Positions 1 to 8,389 are shown, numbered from the stretch's first letter. The stretch: DNA of 38,636 bases from Candidatus Woesearchaeota archaeon (GCA_014729495.1 WJJV01000006.1:1-38636), one strand, 5' to 3'. The notes: generated from the letters alone by a model not told the origin. Program-made: numbers and translations.

Positions 1-64
1 GCTCAAGTTGGCCGTCAAACTTATACCAGTCATCAAATGGAGGCCTTATCAGCTGAATTTTCAT
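1..64 (-). CDS. Partial CDS running off the left edge; N-terminus resembles B12-binding radical SAM proteins
   Basis: ATG at 64-62 overlaps the TGA of the upstream gene (TGATG). Reads MKIQLIRPPFDDWYKFDGQLE, similar to the 'MKILLINPP' start of that family. Only 21 codons are visible. Confidence 0.5.
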   Translation of the reverse strand, partial: MKIQLIRPPFDDWYKFDGQLE

Positions 65-837
65 CAGAAATCCCTTCCTACAAAGACACCATGGGCCTGG
101 TTCAGCTCATCACCATTTCCTATCCCAGTTATATCATTTGCATAGCCAAGTCTCCAGCCATCAATATCTGCACCCAGCCTTATTCTTGCAAGGCTGAAGT
201 TGAAGCTTTCAGGTCCTCTATCTCCGAAGTTTGTTATGGTCTCTAATCTTATGTATGGGCTGTTGCCTTTTGGATCATATGAATTTACAGTCATTATATC
301 TGTTTGAGGGTTCTCATTAAAGCTTCTGATGATATGCACATAGTTTGATAAGTCCCCAGTATTAAAGACATACTGGAATCCTATTCTTGGCACAAATTCC
401 TTGCCTGGCACAAACAGGCTTTCTATTATGGGTGACAGGTTTCCTGGCATCTCTGCATCAAGAGGAAACATTATCTTTCCGCACATCACTGCACTGACAT
501 TACTGTCCATCTCTGAGTCTGCAGGATCAAGATCAGTCATTATCCTTGTCCTCAGGAAATAGTTCATCCTGAGATTGTAATCATTGATGTCTTCCTTGAC
601 CAGGTTTCCGAATGCTTTTGTGTCAAGGGTTATCATCTCAGTCCTTGTGTCTCCTTTATTGTCGTTGCCATACACTGCTTCCAGAACTCCAGCTCCTGAA
701 GAAGACCCGGGCATCAGAAGATATGCTGCTGTAAGTCCTGTTGCAAGAGCGTGTCGTGGCCTGATCTCTTCTGTCAAAGTCTTGCCTATGTAAGGTATTC
801 TTTCTGCTGTTTCATTCAATATTTTCCTAAGCGACAT
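64..837 (-). CDS. Hypothetical exported protein, beta-strand rich (beta-barrel-like)
   Basis: Long ORF, likely start MSLRK at 837. Hydrophobic N-terminal segment, alternating polar/hydrophobic strands, ends in VFVGRDF. Confidence 0.7.
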   Translation of the reverse strand: MSLRKILNETAERIPYIGKTLTEEIRPRHALATGLTAAYLLMPGSSSGAGVLEAVYGNDNKGDTRTEMITLDTKAFGNLVKEDINDYNLRMNYFLRTRIMTDLDPADSEMDSNVSAVMCGKIMFPLDAEMPGNLSPIIESLFVPGKEFVPRIGFQYVFNTGDLSNYVHIIRSFNENPQTDIMTVNSYDPKGNSPYIRLETITNFGDRGPESFNFSLARIRLGADIDGWRLGYANDITGIGNGDELNQAHGVFVGRDF

Positions 838-909
838 TCTTCTCCACATCACAAACTACCCCAGAACACCCTTTTTGCAGTCATAACAATCATTCATTTA
901 AATACCTTA

Positions 910-930
910 TTTCCCCCTTTAGGGGTAAAT
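910..930. promoter_or_regulatory. Imperfect palindrome between divergent TATA-like boxes; candidate TrmB-family operator
   Basis: ATTTCCCCCTTTAGGGGTAAAT lies between TTTAAATA (~897) and TTTATATA (~940). Confidence 0.4.
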
Positions 931-969
931 GTAGAAAGATTTATATATCAGACAAGCCAGACAACAATT

Positions 970-2115
970 ATGGAAGCCAGATTACTGAAGGAAATAGGCC
1001 TCACAGAAGGAGAATCAAAGGTCTACATGGCCTTGCTGGAACTTGGAACAACCACAACAGGGCCTGTTGTGAAGAAGTCAGGCATATCTGCATCAAAAGT
1101 CTATGATATCCTGAGCAAGCTCACAGACAAAGGCCTGGTCAGCCATATCATAAAAGCAAAGACAAAGTACTTCAGGCCAGCTGATCCAGAAAGGATACTT
1201 GATTATCTTGATGAAAAAGAGAAAAGGATTGCTGAGAAAAAAGAACAGGTCAGGGCATATATCCCCCTGCTCAAGGCAAAGCTTGAAGGAGCAGAGAAAA
1301 GGGAAGCTGAAGTGTTTGAAGGAAGAAAAGGTATTGAGAATATCTTCTACACAATAATCTCAGACCTGAAGAAAGGAGATGAGTATTATGTCATGGGAGC
1401 AAGCTATGGTGAAAGGCAAGAATACCTTTATGATTTCTTTGAACAATACCACAAAGAAAGAGCAAAGAGAGGAATCAAAGTAAAGCTGCTGTTCAATCAT
1501 GATGTAAAGACAATAGTTCCCACTACTAAGAATCTGGGTGAGATAAGATACATGCCGCAGGATGTGAAGACACCTACCCAGATCATAATATGGAAAGACA
1601 ATGTGACCACAATAACCTGGCAGGACAAGCCAATTGCATTCACAATACGCAACAGGAAAGTAGCAGAATCATACAAGGCATACTTTGACTCTTACTGGCA
1701 TCAGGAAACAAAGGTAGTCAAGGGTCTTGATGCAATACAGAATCTTTTTGAGGAGATGCTTGAGGCAGGCCATGCTGATTTCATAGGAGCAAGAGGCTAT
1801 TTCATGGACTTAAGACCAAAATATACTGATGACTGGGAGAAGAGGGCAATAGAAAAAGGATTTACCATGAGAAACATTGTTGATCCTGAAGTAAAAGGCC
1901 ACAGGAACACAAGAATGCCTTTCAGCCAGACAAAATACACAATACCAAAAGAGTTCAGCAGGCTGAGCGTTTTCTGGATTTACGGCAATAAGGTTGTGAT
2001 AAGCAATTGGATGCAGGATAAGCCGATAGCAATTGTAATAGAGAACAAGCAGCTGCATAACATGTACCAGGAGCAGTTCAACCTGCTGTGGGAGAAAGAG
2101 ATAATAATCAGATAG
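970..2115 (+). CDS. TrmB-family transcriptional regulator with duplicated C-terminal effector domain
   Basis: LKEIGLTEGESKVYMALLELG...VYDILSKLTDKGLV winged HTH. Two related C-terminal halves (VFEGRKGIENIF / VVKGLDAIQNLF). Likely start MEARLL at 970, after TTTATATA. Confidence 0.9.
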   Translation: MEARLLKEIGLTEGESKVYMALLELGTTTTGPVVKKSGISASKVYDILSKLTDKGLVSHIIKAKTKYFRPADPERILDYLDEKEKRIAEKKEQVRAYIPLLKAKLEGAEKREAEVFEGRKGIENIFYTIISDLKKGDEYYVMGASYGERQEYLYDFFEQYHKERAKRGIKVKLLFNHDVKTIVPTTKNLGEIRYMPQDVKTPTQIIIWKDNVTTITWQDKPIAFTIRNRKVAESYKAYFDSYWHQETKVVKGLDAIQNLFEEMLEAGHADFIGARGYFMDLRPKYTDDWEKRAIEKGFTMRNIVDPEVKGHRNTRMPFSQTKYTIPKEFSRLSVFWIYGNKVVISNWMQDKPIAIVIENKQLHNMYQEQFNLLWEKEIIIR

Positions 2116-2117
2116 AA

Positions 2118-2372
2118 TTAATCACTGAACAGATCAGCCTCTTTCTCCTTGGCAAGGTTATGGAAATAACCCATTGCCAGGACAAATCCTCCTGAAAGGC
2201 CAAGAAGTATGTTTGATGCCCAGGTGAAATCTATTTGCTTTGTTGTGAGATATATATCAATGACTATATAAGATCCTGCCATAAATGATGCTATTGCACC
2301 TATTGCCAATAGATAAGTGTACAATCTCTCTTTCTTCATCTTTGCCATGTTCTTAGGGGAAGAATAGGTCAT
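2118..2372 (-). CDS. Small two-TM membrane protein
   Basis: 84 aa ORF with two hydrophobic segments. Confidence 0.65.
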   Translation of the reverse strand: MTYSSPKNMAKMKKERLYTYLLAIGAIASFMAGSYIVIDIYLTTKQIDFTWASNILLGLSGGFVLAMGYFHNLAKEKEADLFSD

Positions 2373-2393
2373 ATTAATACTTTATGAAAAGAT

Positions 2394-2738
2394 AATAAAA
2401 ATTTGACCATTATCTTATAAGCAAATCCTAACCCCACCCTAAAGGGTGTGGTATTAACGGATTTGCATTCTAGATGGTCAAATTTTTAGTCTTGAAAACC
2501 CTCAGAAATCAAAGATGCTCAAAAACCAAAGGTTTTTGGCATGCCGATAATCCAGAAGGATTATCAAGCATTTCTGGGGTGTCAAAAATGCTGTGCATTT
2601 TTGAACATGGCACCTCTCGCACTAAAGTGCGGGGTATTACTTGCGAACAAGTTCGCAAGTCTGATAATCCCAGACGAGCCTGAGAGTCGGGATTATCTTT
2701 AAACCCAATGAAAATGGCTTGGTGCCATTTTCAATAAA
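2394..2738. mobile_element. Non-autonomous nested-palindrome element (MITE/PATE-like), copy 1
   Basis: Near-identical to 4930-5183 apart from a 109-bp insert and one local variant. Built of hairpins such as AAAAATTTGACCAT...ATGGTCAAATTTTT, ACCCCACCCTAAAGGGTGTGGT and ACTTGCGAACAAGTTCGCAAGT. AATAAA at both ends. Confidence 0.75.
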
Positions 2739-2762
2739 AAGAGGGCAAAAGCCCTGAAATAT

Positions 2763-3632
2763 TCATGAAAACAGACCGATCAACCACGCCCAGAATCCTG
2801 AATTACCACCAGTGCCGCTTCCACCGCCAGTTGCCTGGCCTGTTATGCCACCCATTGGATCTGGGTTACCAGAATCTCCATTACTCTTATCACCTTTAGG
2901 CTCTTCAGGCTTTGGTTCTGGCTTAGGTATTTCACATGCTTCTGTCTCAGCAGCAGGCTTATGGCCTGTTGTTCCGCAATCATTTGCATCCTTGCATTCC
3001 TTTGTCTTCTCATTGTTAATGCATTCGCTCCAGGTGCATACCCAGTTCTCAACGCATTTGCATACCGAATCAACGCAATCCACACCCACAGGACAATCAG
3101 AGGATCCGTGACATTCAGGCAGGACCTCTGCATAGATATACCTGTTCTCTTCATCTCCATCTGATTCTGCATAAGCTCTTAGCTTGATATTTCCAAGTCT
3201 CGTATCCTCAGAGACAGACAATACAATTTCCACAGTCTGCTCTTCTCCCTCACTTAATTCAGATATCTCTTTCTCTGAGCACTGCCAGTTATCAGGACAG
3301 TCTGCTACTGTCACAAGAACATTCTCCTCATCATAGTCTCCATCATTCTCCACTATCAGTTCCAGTTTATTGTCCTGGTTCTTTCTGAGTGTATAATCAT
3401 AAACTCTGTGGATATTAAGGCTATGATCCTTACCACCACCTTCAATCCTTGGTGCAGGGTCAGGACAGACACATTTGCAGACCTCAGTTTCCTCATTGCA
3501 TTCACAATCACACCCATCATCACAGCATTCTCCAAAGCACCAGTTAGACATTTCTGCATGACATGATTCATCAACCGCCAAAGCTGATGGAATAGCCATA
3601 ATCAATACCAGAATAATCATGATTCTTTTCAT
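2763..3632 (-). CDS. Secreted Cys-rich protein with Ig-like (CARDB/NPCBM-associated-like) domain and C-terminal GGITG...FW anchor
   Basis: Signal peptide MKRIMIILVLIMAIPSALA after a GGGGGTG SD. Contains VENDGDYDEENV...LSEGEEQTV (Ig-like), CVENWVCTWSEC, a Pro/Gly linker and FWAWLIGLFS. Confidence 0.8.
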   Translation of the reverse strand: MKRIMIILVLIMAIPSALAVDESCHAEMSNWCFGECCDDGCDCECNEETEVCKCVCPDPAPRIEGGGKDHSLNIHRVYDYTLRKNQDNKLELIVENDGDYDEENVLVTVADCPDNWQCSEKEISELSEGEEQTVEIVLSVSEDTRLGNIKLRAYAESDGDEENRYIYAEVLPECHGSSDCPVGVDCVDSVCKCVENWVCTWSECINNEKTKECKDANDCGTTGHKPAAETEACEIPKPEPKPEEPKGDKSNGDSGNPDPMGGITGQATGGGSGTGGNSGFWAWLIGLFS

Positions 3633-3765
3633 ATTGACACCCCCAATATATGGGCTATAGAGCAACCAATAATATAAAAAGTTAACTGTGTTAAACAGTT
3701 TTATAAGCTATTTTAAGGTATTTAAAGGATATATTTATATATGACTCTGAAATCCAAAACCTCAT

Positions 3766-3893
3766 GCCGGGGTGGCGCAATCTGGTACCGCGCAAGCCTG
3801 GAATCTTGCAAAGACAGCTTGTTTCCTTCGGGATACCTTATGGCTGGAAAAGGCCAGAGGCCCGTAATCTGGGTTCAAATCCCAGCCCCGGCG
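3766..3893 (+). tRNA. tRNA-Ser(GGA) with two introns (37/38: 3804-3815; variable arm/T-stem junction: about 3837-3868)
   Basis: Acceptor GCCGGGG/CCCCGGC, anticodon stem CAAGC/GCTTG with CT-GGA-A, long variable arm, T arm CTGGG-TTCAAAT-CCCAG. Boundaries of the second intron are approximate. Confidence 0.85.
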
Positions 3894-4075
3894 TTTTATT
3901 CTTCTGCAGCCATAATCTAGCAGTATGACCTCACTTCCCAATGCAGTCACCAGGGTTCAAAATAGGGAATATTAACCAGCCTATTATGAGAGTCTCCTGC
4001 AGCCACATGAATATATCTTTTTGTGCATAAAGTTTATAAATAAACTGGATTTCAGGGCTTTAAAGCTTAAATAAT

Positions 4076-4162
4076 GGGCTCGTAGCTCAGTCTGGCTAGA
4101 GCATTCGGCTCTTAACTTTGAGAGAGACCGAAAGGTCTGGGGTTCAAATCCCTGCGAGCCCG
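4076..4162 (+). tRNA. tRNA-Lys(CTT) with canonical 12-nt intron (4115-4126)
   Basis: Acceptor GGGCTCG/CGAGCCC, anticodon stem TTCGG/CCGAA, BHB helix CTCT/AGAG. Confidence 0.93.
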
Positions 4163-4208
4163 CTTATGATAAATATATAAATTTAAAAGTAATAAAAAAG
4201 GTGAAATA

Positions 4209-4433
4209 ATGGATTACAACATAGAGCAGGAAAGGGAGAAGTGCATTATGTGCGGTGCATGCGCTGGAACATGCCCTGACAACTGGGAGATGAAAGAGGA
4301 CGGAAAATCATCTCCAAAGAAAACCAGCATCAGCGAAGATGAACTGGACTGCAATATGAGCGCAGCTCAGTCATGCCCTGTGAACATAATACACATAAAA
4401 GAGGATAAAGAAGACGGAAAGCAATTGATCTGA
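4209..4433 (+). CDS. Monocluster ferredoxin
   Basis: CIMCGACAGTCP...AAQSCPVNII; GGTGA SD upstream. Confidence 0.9.
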   Translation: MDYNIEQEREKCIMCGACAGTCPDNWEMKEDGKSSPKKTSISEDELDCNMSAAQSCPVNIIHIKEDKEDGKQLI

Positions 4434-4451
4434 CTTAATGATCAATCATTT

Positions 4452-4593
4452 TCACAATCACAATGCCCCGTTAGTGTAGCAACCGGAGCGTGTTACGCGA
4501 CCCTCGGACGCAACATGCGACTCCTAGTTGCTATGCAACCGGAGTCCCATAAAAAAATCAGATATCACAATCACAATGCCCCGTTAGTGTAGC
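4452..4593 (+). repeat. 29-bp direct repeat (leader plus first 16 nt of tRNA-Glu) at 4452-4480 and 4565-4593
   Basis: TCACAATCACAATGCCCCGTTAGTGTAGC occurs twice, with a GC-rich hairpin (4477-4533) in between. Confidence 0.9.
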
Positions 4594-4700
4594 CCGGCCA
4601 ATCATTTCGCCCTCTCGAACTGAGAGGTAGAGTCAGGCGAAGACCCGGGTTCAAACTGGTATAAGGTTATTCCTTTGCCATGAATGTCCCGGACGGGGCG
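4578..4700 (+). tRNA. tRNA-Glu(CTC) with two introns (37/38: 4618-4634; T-loop 59/60: 4656-4686)
   Basis: Acceptor GCCCCGT/ACGGGGC, anticodon stem TCGCC/GGCGA. BHB helices CTCT/AGAG and TTCA/TGAA, each with 3-nt bulges. Confidence 0.92.
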
Positions 4701-4723
4701 TTTATATTTCTTTATTATATTTA

Positions 4724-5193
4724 TTACCTATTAGGATTCCAGAATATTGTTGGATAATCATTCTTTGAAGGCACTCTTCCGCTGTATTCTGGGTTAGGAT
4801 GGTCCTTGAAATCATCAAGCACATGCATCTTGGCTGCTTCTCTGGCTTCTTCACCAAACTTTTCAACACATCTGTTTACGCCATCCCCGTGATGCCTCTG
4901 CTCCCTATGCCTTGTTGACTTAGAAGAATAATAAAAATTTGACCATTATCTTATAAGCAAATCCTAACCCCACCCTAAAGGGTGTGGTATTAACGGATTT
5001 GCATTTTACATGGTCAAATTTTTAGTCTTGAACATGGCACCTCTCGCACTAAAGTGTATGGTATTACTTGCGAACTTGTTCGCAAGTCTGATAATTCCGA
5101 CTTCAGTCGAAATTATCTATAAGCCTGAGAGTCGGGATTATCTTTAAACCCAATGAAAATAGCTTGGTGCCATTTTCAATAAATATTCCTCAA
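4724..5193 (-). pseudogene. Small His-rich gene (DUF6915-like HRxxRHHxxG motif) interrupted by the palindromic element
   Basis: 4935-4724 reads YYSSKSTRHREQRHHGDGVNRCVEKFGEEAREAAKMHVLDDF...NR*. Removing the element and one AATAAA joins it in frame to TTG at 5193, which is preceded by GAGGGTGA. Confidence 0.55.
4930..5183. mobile_element. Non-autonomous nested-palindrome element, copy 2
   Basis: Homologous to 2394-2738. AATAAA at 4930-4935 and 5178-5183. Confidence 0.75.
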
Positions 5194-5296
5194 TTTTCAC
5201 CCTCAAAAAGTAGTATTACCTCTGGCAGCCATATATAGAACCGTGCCAAAGAAATCCATCAAAAGCTTTAAAAATGCTATTCCATACTGGGACTAT

Positions 5297-5572
5297 ATGG
5301 CAAAAGAAACAGAGAACAAACCAGAAACCAAAGCAAAGGCTGAGGGCAAAGAAACCAAAGACCTCATCACCAAAGACATGCCCATAGGAGATGTTGTCCA
5401 GAAATATCCAGAGACAGCAGAGGTCATGTTCAGGCATGGCATGCACTGCATAGGCTGCCATGTTGCTGCTTTTGAGACTGTTGAGCAGGGAGCAGCAGCC
5501 CATGGCATTGATGTTGACAAGTTCATGGAAGAGCTGAACAAAGCAGCCAAGGAAAGCAAAGACAAGGAATAA
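5297..5572 (+). CDS. DUF1858 (hybrid-cluster-associated redox disulfide) domain protein
   Basis: ITKDMPIGDVVQKYPETAEVMFRHGMHCIGC...ETVEQGAAAHGID. Confidence 0.88.
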   Translation: MAKETENKPETKAKAEGKETKDLITKDMPIGDVVQKYPETAEVMFRHGMHCIGCHVAAFETVEQGAAAHGIDVDKFMEELNKAAKESKDKE

Positions 5573-5573
5573 T

Positions 5574-5921
5574 ATGTCAATTCCCCAGGTGAATCTTGAA
5601 AGAGAGGTCAATGTTTTGATTCTTGAAGGCCCATGGATGTCTGGAAAAGACTGCAAAAGAAGGGATGCTCTTGTGAGGAAATGCATGGAGCATGCAGTGG
5701 ATAATAATGGGGAACAAGTCAGGCTCAATGAGCTGACAAGCATAAAAGTGGATGAGTTCCCTTCAGTGGACTATGTCATAGGACCTCTTGACAAGAAAGG
5801 AGAGATTACCCCTGACTACAGAGGCTACATAATAGAAAGTCATGAGAGAGCTCTTCCTTCACTGAGTTTATTCATAAAAGGAAGATACATAACAGGTGAG
5901 GCAACTCAGACAGAATTATGA
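5574..5921 (+). CDS. Hypothetical protein
   Basis: 115 aa ORF tightly coupled to both neighbours. Confidence 0.65.
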   Translation: MSIPQVNLEREVNVLILEGPWMSGKDCKRRDALVRKCMEHAVDNNGEQVRLNELTSIKVDEFPSVDYVIGPLDKKGEITPDYRGYIIESHERALPSLSLFIKGRYITGEATQTEL

Positions 5922-6073
5922 CAGTATTCAAGAAATGCCCGCACTGCGGGTCAACAAACATGAAGCATGTCCACAGGTCCAGCGGAGGATTCTGGGAGTG
6001 CATGGACTGCGGGTATAAGGGAAGCCATACCCATGAGGAAGAGAAGGAGACAAATCCAGAGATATCATGGTGA
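5918..6073 (+). CDS. Small zinc-ribbon protein (51 aa; not in the ORF track)
   Basis: ATGA overlap with the previous stop. Reads MTVFKKCPHCGSTNM...WECMDCGYKG...ISW*, with two CxxC motifs. Confidence 0.8.
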   Translation: MTVFKKCPHCGSTNMKHVHRSSGGFWECMDCGYKGSHTHEEEKETNPEISW

Positions 6074-6078
6074 AACAC

Positions 6079-6333
6079 ATGGATGAATATGATCTTGAGC
6101 TGGACAGGGCATTGTCTGAGATAAAGAAGCAGAATGCAAAGAAGGTCTGCATCCAGCTGCCTGACGGGCTGAAGCCAAAGGCAAAACAGATAGCAGATTA
6201 CCTAAATGAAAACACAAAAGCAGAGATAATCATATGGCTGGGAACATGCTTCGGAGCCTGCGACATACCCAACCTTGGAAGCATCAGTCCTGATCTTCTC
6301 ATACAATGGGGGCACTCAGCATGGAATTCCTGA
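6079..6333 (+). CDS. dph2: Diphthamide synthesis Dph2, N-terminal domain only
   Basis: KKVCIQLPDGLK...TCFGACDIP...LLIQWGHS; only ~84 aa; GGTGA SD upstream. Confidence 0.8.
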   Translation: MDEYDLELDRALSEIKKQNAKKVCIQLPDGLKPKAKQIADYLNENTKAEIIIWLGTCFGACDIPNLGSISPDLLIQWGHSAWNS

Positions 6334-6803
6334 TTTATTTCCTCACAGCAGTGCTTGCATATATCGGCCTGGCAGGAGGGTTTGCTCTTGCTCAGATATC
6401 TCCAGAGGAGATGAAGCCTGGAAGGAAGTATTTTGATGCTCTTAATTACATCCTTTTCTCTCTCATAATGCTGATGCTGCTTTTCTTTGAGAGCCCCACA
6501 ATAGGCATAACAGTACTGCTGGCAATAAGCATATACATAAAGTTCGGCAGGCAGAAAGCGACACTGAAGATAGCTTATGGAGTCCTGGGAGCAGTGCTTG
6601 CTCTCCTGACATTTGACAAGTACATATTCATGATAACAGCATCACTCATATTCATGTTTGGCATTGTATCAGGAACATTATGCTCAATAAGGCACAGCCA
6701 GATGTCAAGGAAGCAGCAATTCCTTTACATTATGGGATCAAATGCCCTGTTCTTTCTGACAGCACTACCACTTTACTTTCTTGAGCTTAAGGTAATACCC
6801 TAG
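6321..6803 (+). CDS. Multi-pass membrane protein
   Basis: About six hydrophobic segments; LAQISPEEMKPGRKYF. Confidence 0.75.
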   Translation: MEFLIYFLTAVLAYIGLAGGFALAQISPEEMKPGRKYFDALNYILFSLIMLMLLFFESPTIGITVLLAISIYIKFGRQKATLKIAYGVLGAVLALLTFDKYIFMITASLIFMFGIVSGTLCSIRHSQMSRKQQFLYIMGSNALFFLTALPLYFLELKVIP

Positions 6804-7325
6804 ATGATTTGCAGCTATATGCAAAGCTGGTGTCAGAACAAGTATTATAAGCACCACCTGCCATGAGGGCACATAAAGCACTGCCAGGAAAATCAGGGAT
6901 CCTATCACAAAATCTATCTGATCCCATGGCATGAACTTGGCGCCTGGCTTGATGTCAAGCTGCCTCTTGACAGCGCTCTCTATGAGATCTCCGAATATTG
7001 CGCCAAAACCCAGAAGGAATCCAGGAAGAACACTGTATGCCTGGAACATGGAATCATAATCAAACAGGCTGATGCTCTGGAATAAGGGAAGATTATAAAG
7101 CCATTCCTGCAACAGGAACACAAGTATTCCAGCAATTCCAGCAACAAGAAGCCCCCTGAAAGTCTTGTGCGCACCGAAAAGAGACTTTCCCCTAAGCTTT
7201 ATCTTAGGAGCTATGGGCTTTGCAAGAGGCTTGAATGTGCTCTTGAAGAGCACAGGAGCCATGTTAGCTGCATAAGCAGGAAGCATGAAGTACAATGCCT
7301 GTGCTATCATCAATAAAAATCCCAT
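6765..7325 (-). CDS. carS: CDP-archaeol synthase (CarS/DUF46)
   Basis: LPAYAANMAPV, GAHKTFRG, GDLIESAVKRQLDIKPG...WDQIDF. Confidence 0.88.
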   Translation of the reverse strand: MGFLLMIAQALYFMLPAYAANMAPVLFKSTFKPLAKPIAPKIKLRGKSLFGAHKTFRGLLVAGIAGILVFLLQEWLYNLPLFQSISLFDYDSMFQAYSVLPGFLLGFGAIFGDLIESAVKRQLDIKPGAKFMPWDQIDFVIGSLIFLAVLYVPSWQVVLIILVLTPALHIAANHLGYYLKLKKVKW

Positions 7326-7374
7326 TTTTTGTAAATTCTGCCGATCTCTTGCTGATTATCACTGCTTTTTCAGA

Positions 7375-7809
7375 TCATATCATGCTGACAAGATAAGCTA
7401 CAATGAATCCCAGCAGCATACCCACTATCACCTGTGTCAATGAGTGGCCTGCCAGCTCTTTTACAGCCATCTTCTTATGCAGCTTAAGAGCCTTGAGTAT
7501 TGCATTGAGTATGCTTGTATGATGGCCCACCGCCTTCCTTATTGTAAGAGAATCATATATGGTCATTATAGCTATGACAAGCACTACAGCAAATAGTGCA
7601 GTGACTCCCTGCTTGATATAGACTGATGTGGCAAGTGCTGTGACAACTGCTGTGTGGCCTGATGGCATGCCCCCAGTAGAGAAGAACAGGCTGGTATTGA
7701 GCTTCCTGTCCTTCAGATAGTCTATCACTATCTTTATAAGCTGAGCTATGACTACAGCAACAAGACATGAAAAAAAGATAGGGTTCAATAATATCTCTGC
7801 AAAATTCAT
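7375..7809 (-). CDS. Divergent PAP2 family protein (DUF212)
   Basis: AQLIK...TGGMPSGHTA...YDSLTIRKAVG...LAGHS. Confidence 0.88.
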   Translation of the reverse strand: MNFAEILLNPIFFSCLVAVVIAQLIKIVIDYLKDRKLNTSLFFSTGGMPSGHTAVVTALATSVYIKQGVTALFAVVLVIAIMTIYDSLTIRKAVGHHTSILNAILKALKLHKKMAVKELAGHSLTQVIVGMLLGFIVAYLVSMI

Positions 7810-7838
7810 TTTTTCACCTCATATTTATGATTTTATGT

Positions 7839-8372
7839 CTACAATATCTTCTTAATCCTGAAAGGGCTTATCATAAGACCTGCTGAACAGAGGAATACGA
7901 TGAAGTAATACTCAGCAGGAAGCATGGCAAAGTATAGGATTGGGAATATTATGCCGTTCAGTGTTATTGGCATTCCCTGATACACTCCTTTTGCCTTTGT
8001 TATGTTGAACCTCGCAAGCCTCAGTGCTCCGCAGACCACAAGTATGATGCATGATACAGCAAGCACTGTCTCCCACATGCCCTGAAGAGCCTGGCCTGCA
8101 TACACATATCCGAACACTGCAGGTGCAGCTCCGAATGATATAATATCTGCAAGGGAGTCAAGCTCTTTTCCGAACTCATGGGTCTTATTGAGCTTCCTGG
8201 CTATCTTGCCGTCAAGATAATCAAATATGACAGCTGTTATCATGAAGACAACAGCAGAGAAATATTCGCCTCTGATGGCATAGAAAATAGACAGCATACC
8301 AAAAGAAGCATTCAGCAGTGTGAACACATCTGAGACAGCGATATCTTTTCTTAGATTCATGTACAGACTCAT
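7839..8372 (-). CDS. pssA: CDP-alcohol phosphatidyltransferase, archaetidyl/phosphatidylserine synthase
   Basis: DYLDGKIAR...FGKELDSLADIISFGAAP, ALRLARFN, YQGMP. Confidence 0.9.
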   Translation of the reverse strand: MSLYMNLRKDIAVSDVFTLLNASFGMLSIFYAIRGEYFSAVVFMITAVIFDYLDGKIARKLNKTHEFGKELDSLADIISFGAAPAVFGYVYAGQALQGMWETVLAVSCIILVVCGALRLARFNITKAKGVYQGMPITLNGIIFPILYFAMLPAEYYFIVFLCSAGLMISPFRIKKIL

Positions 8373-8389
8373 CCTCTTTTTTGATTATT

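Noticed and set aside
751..969. N-terminal extensions of the TrmB ORF and of the PHP ORF (11434-11760)
   Set aside because: They overlap divergent genes and promoters; the recognisable domains start at downstream ATGs.
2474..2683. 69-aa ORF
   Set aside because: Lies wholly inside the palindromic element and is not preserved in copy 2.
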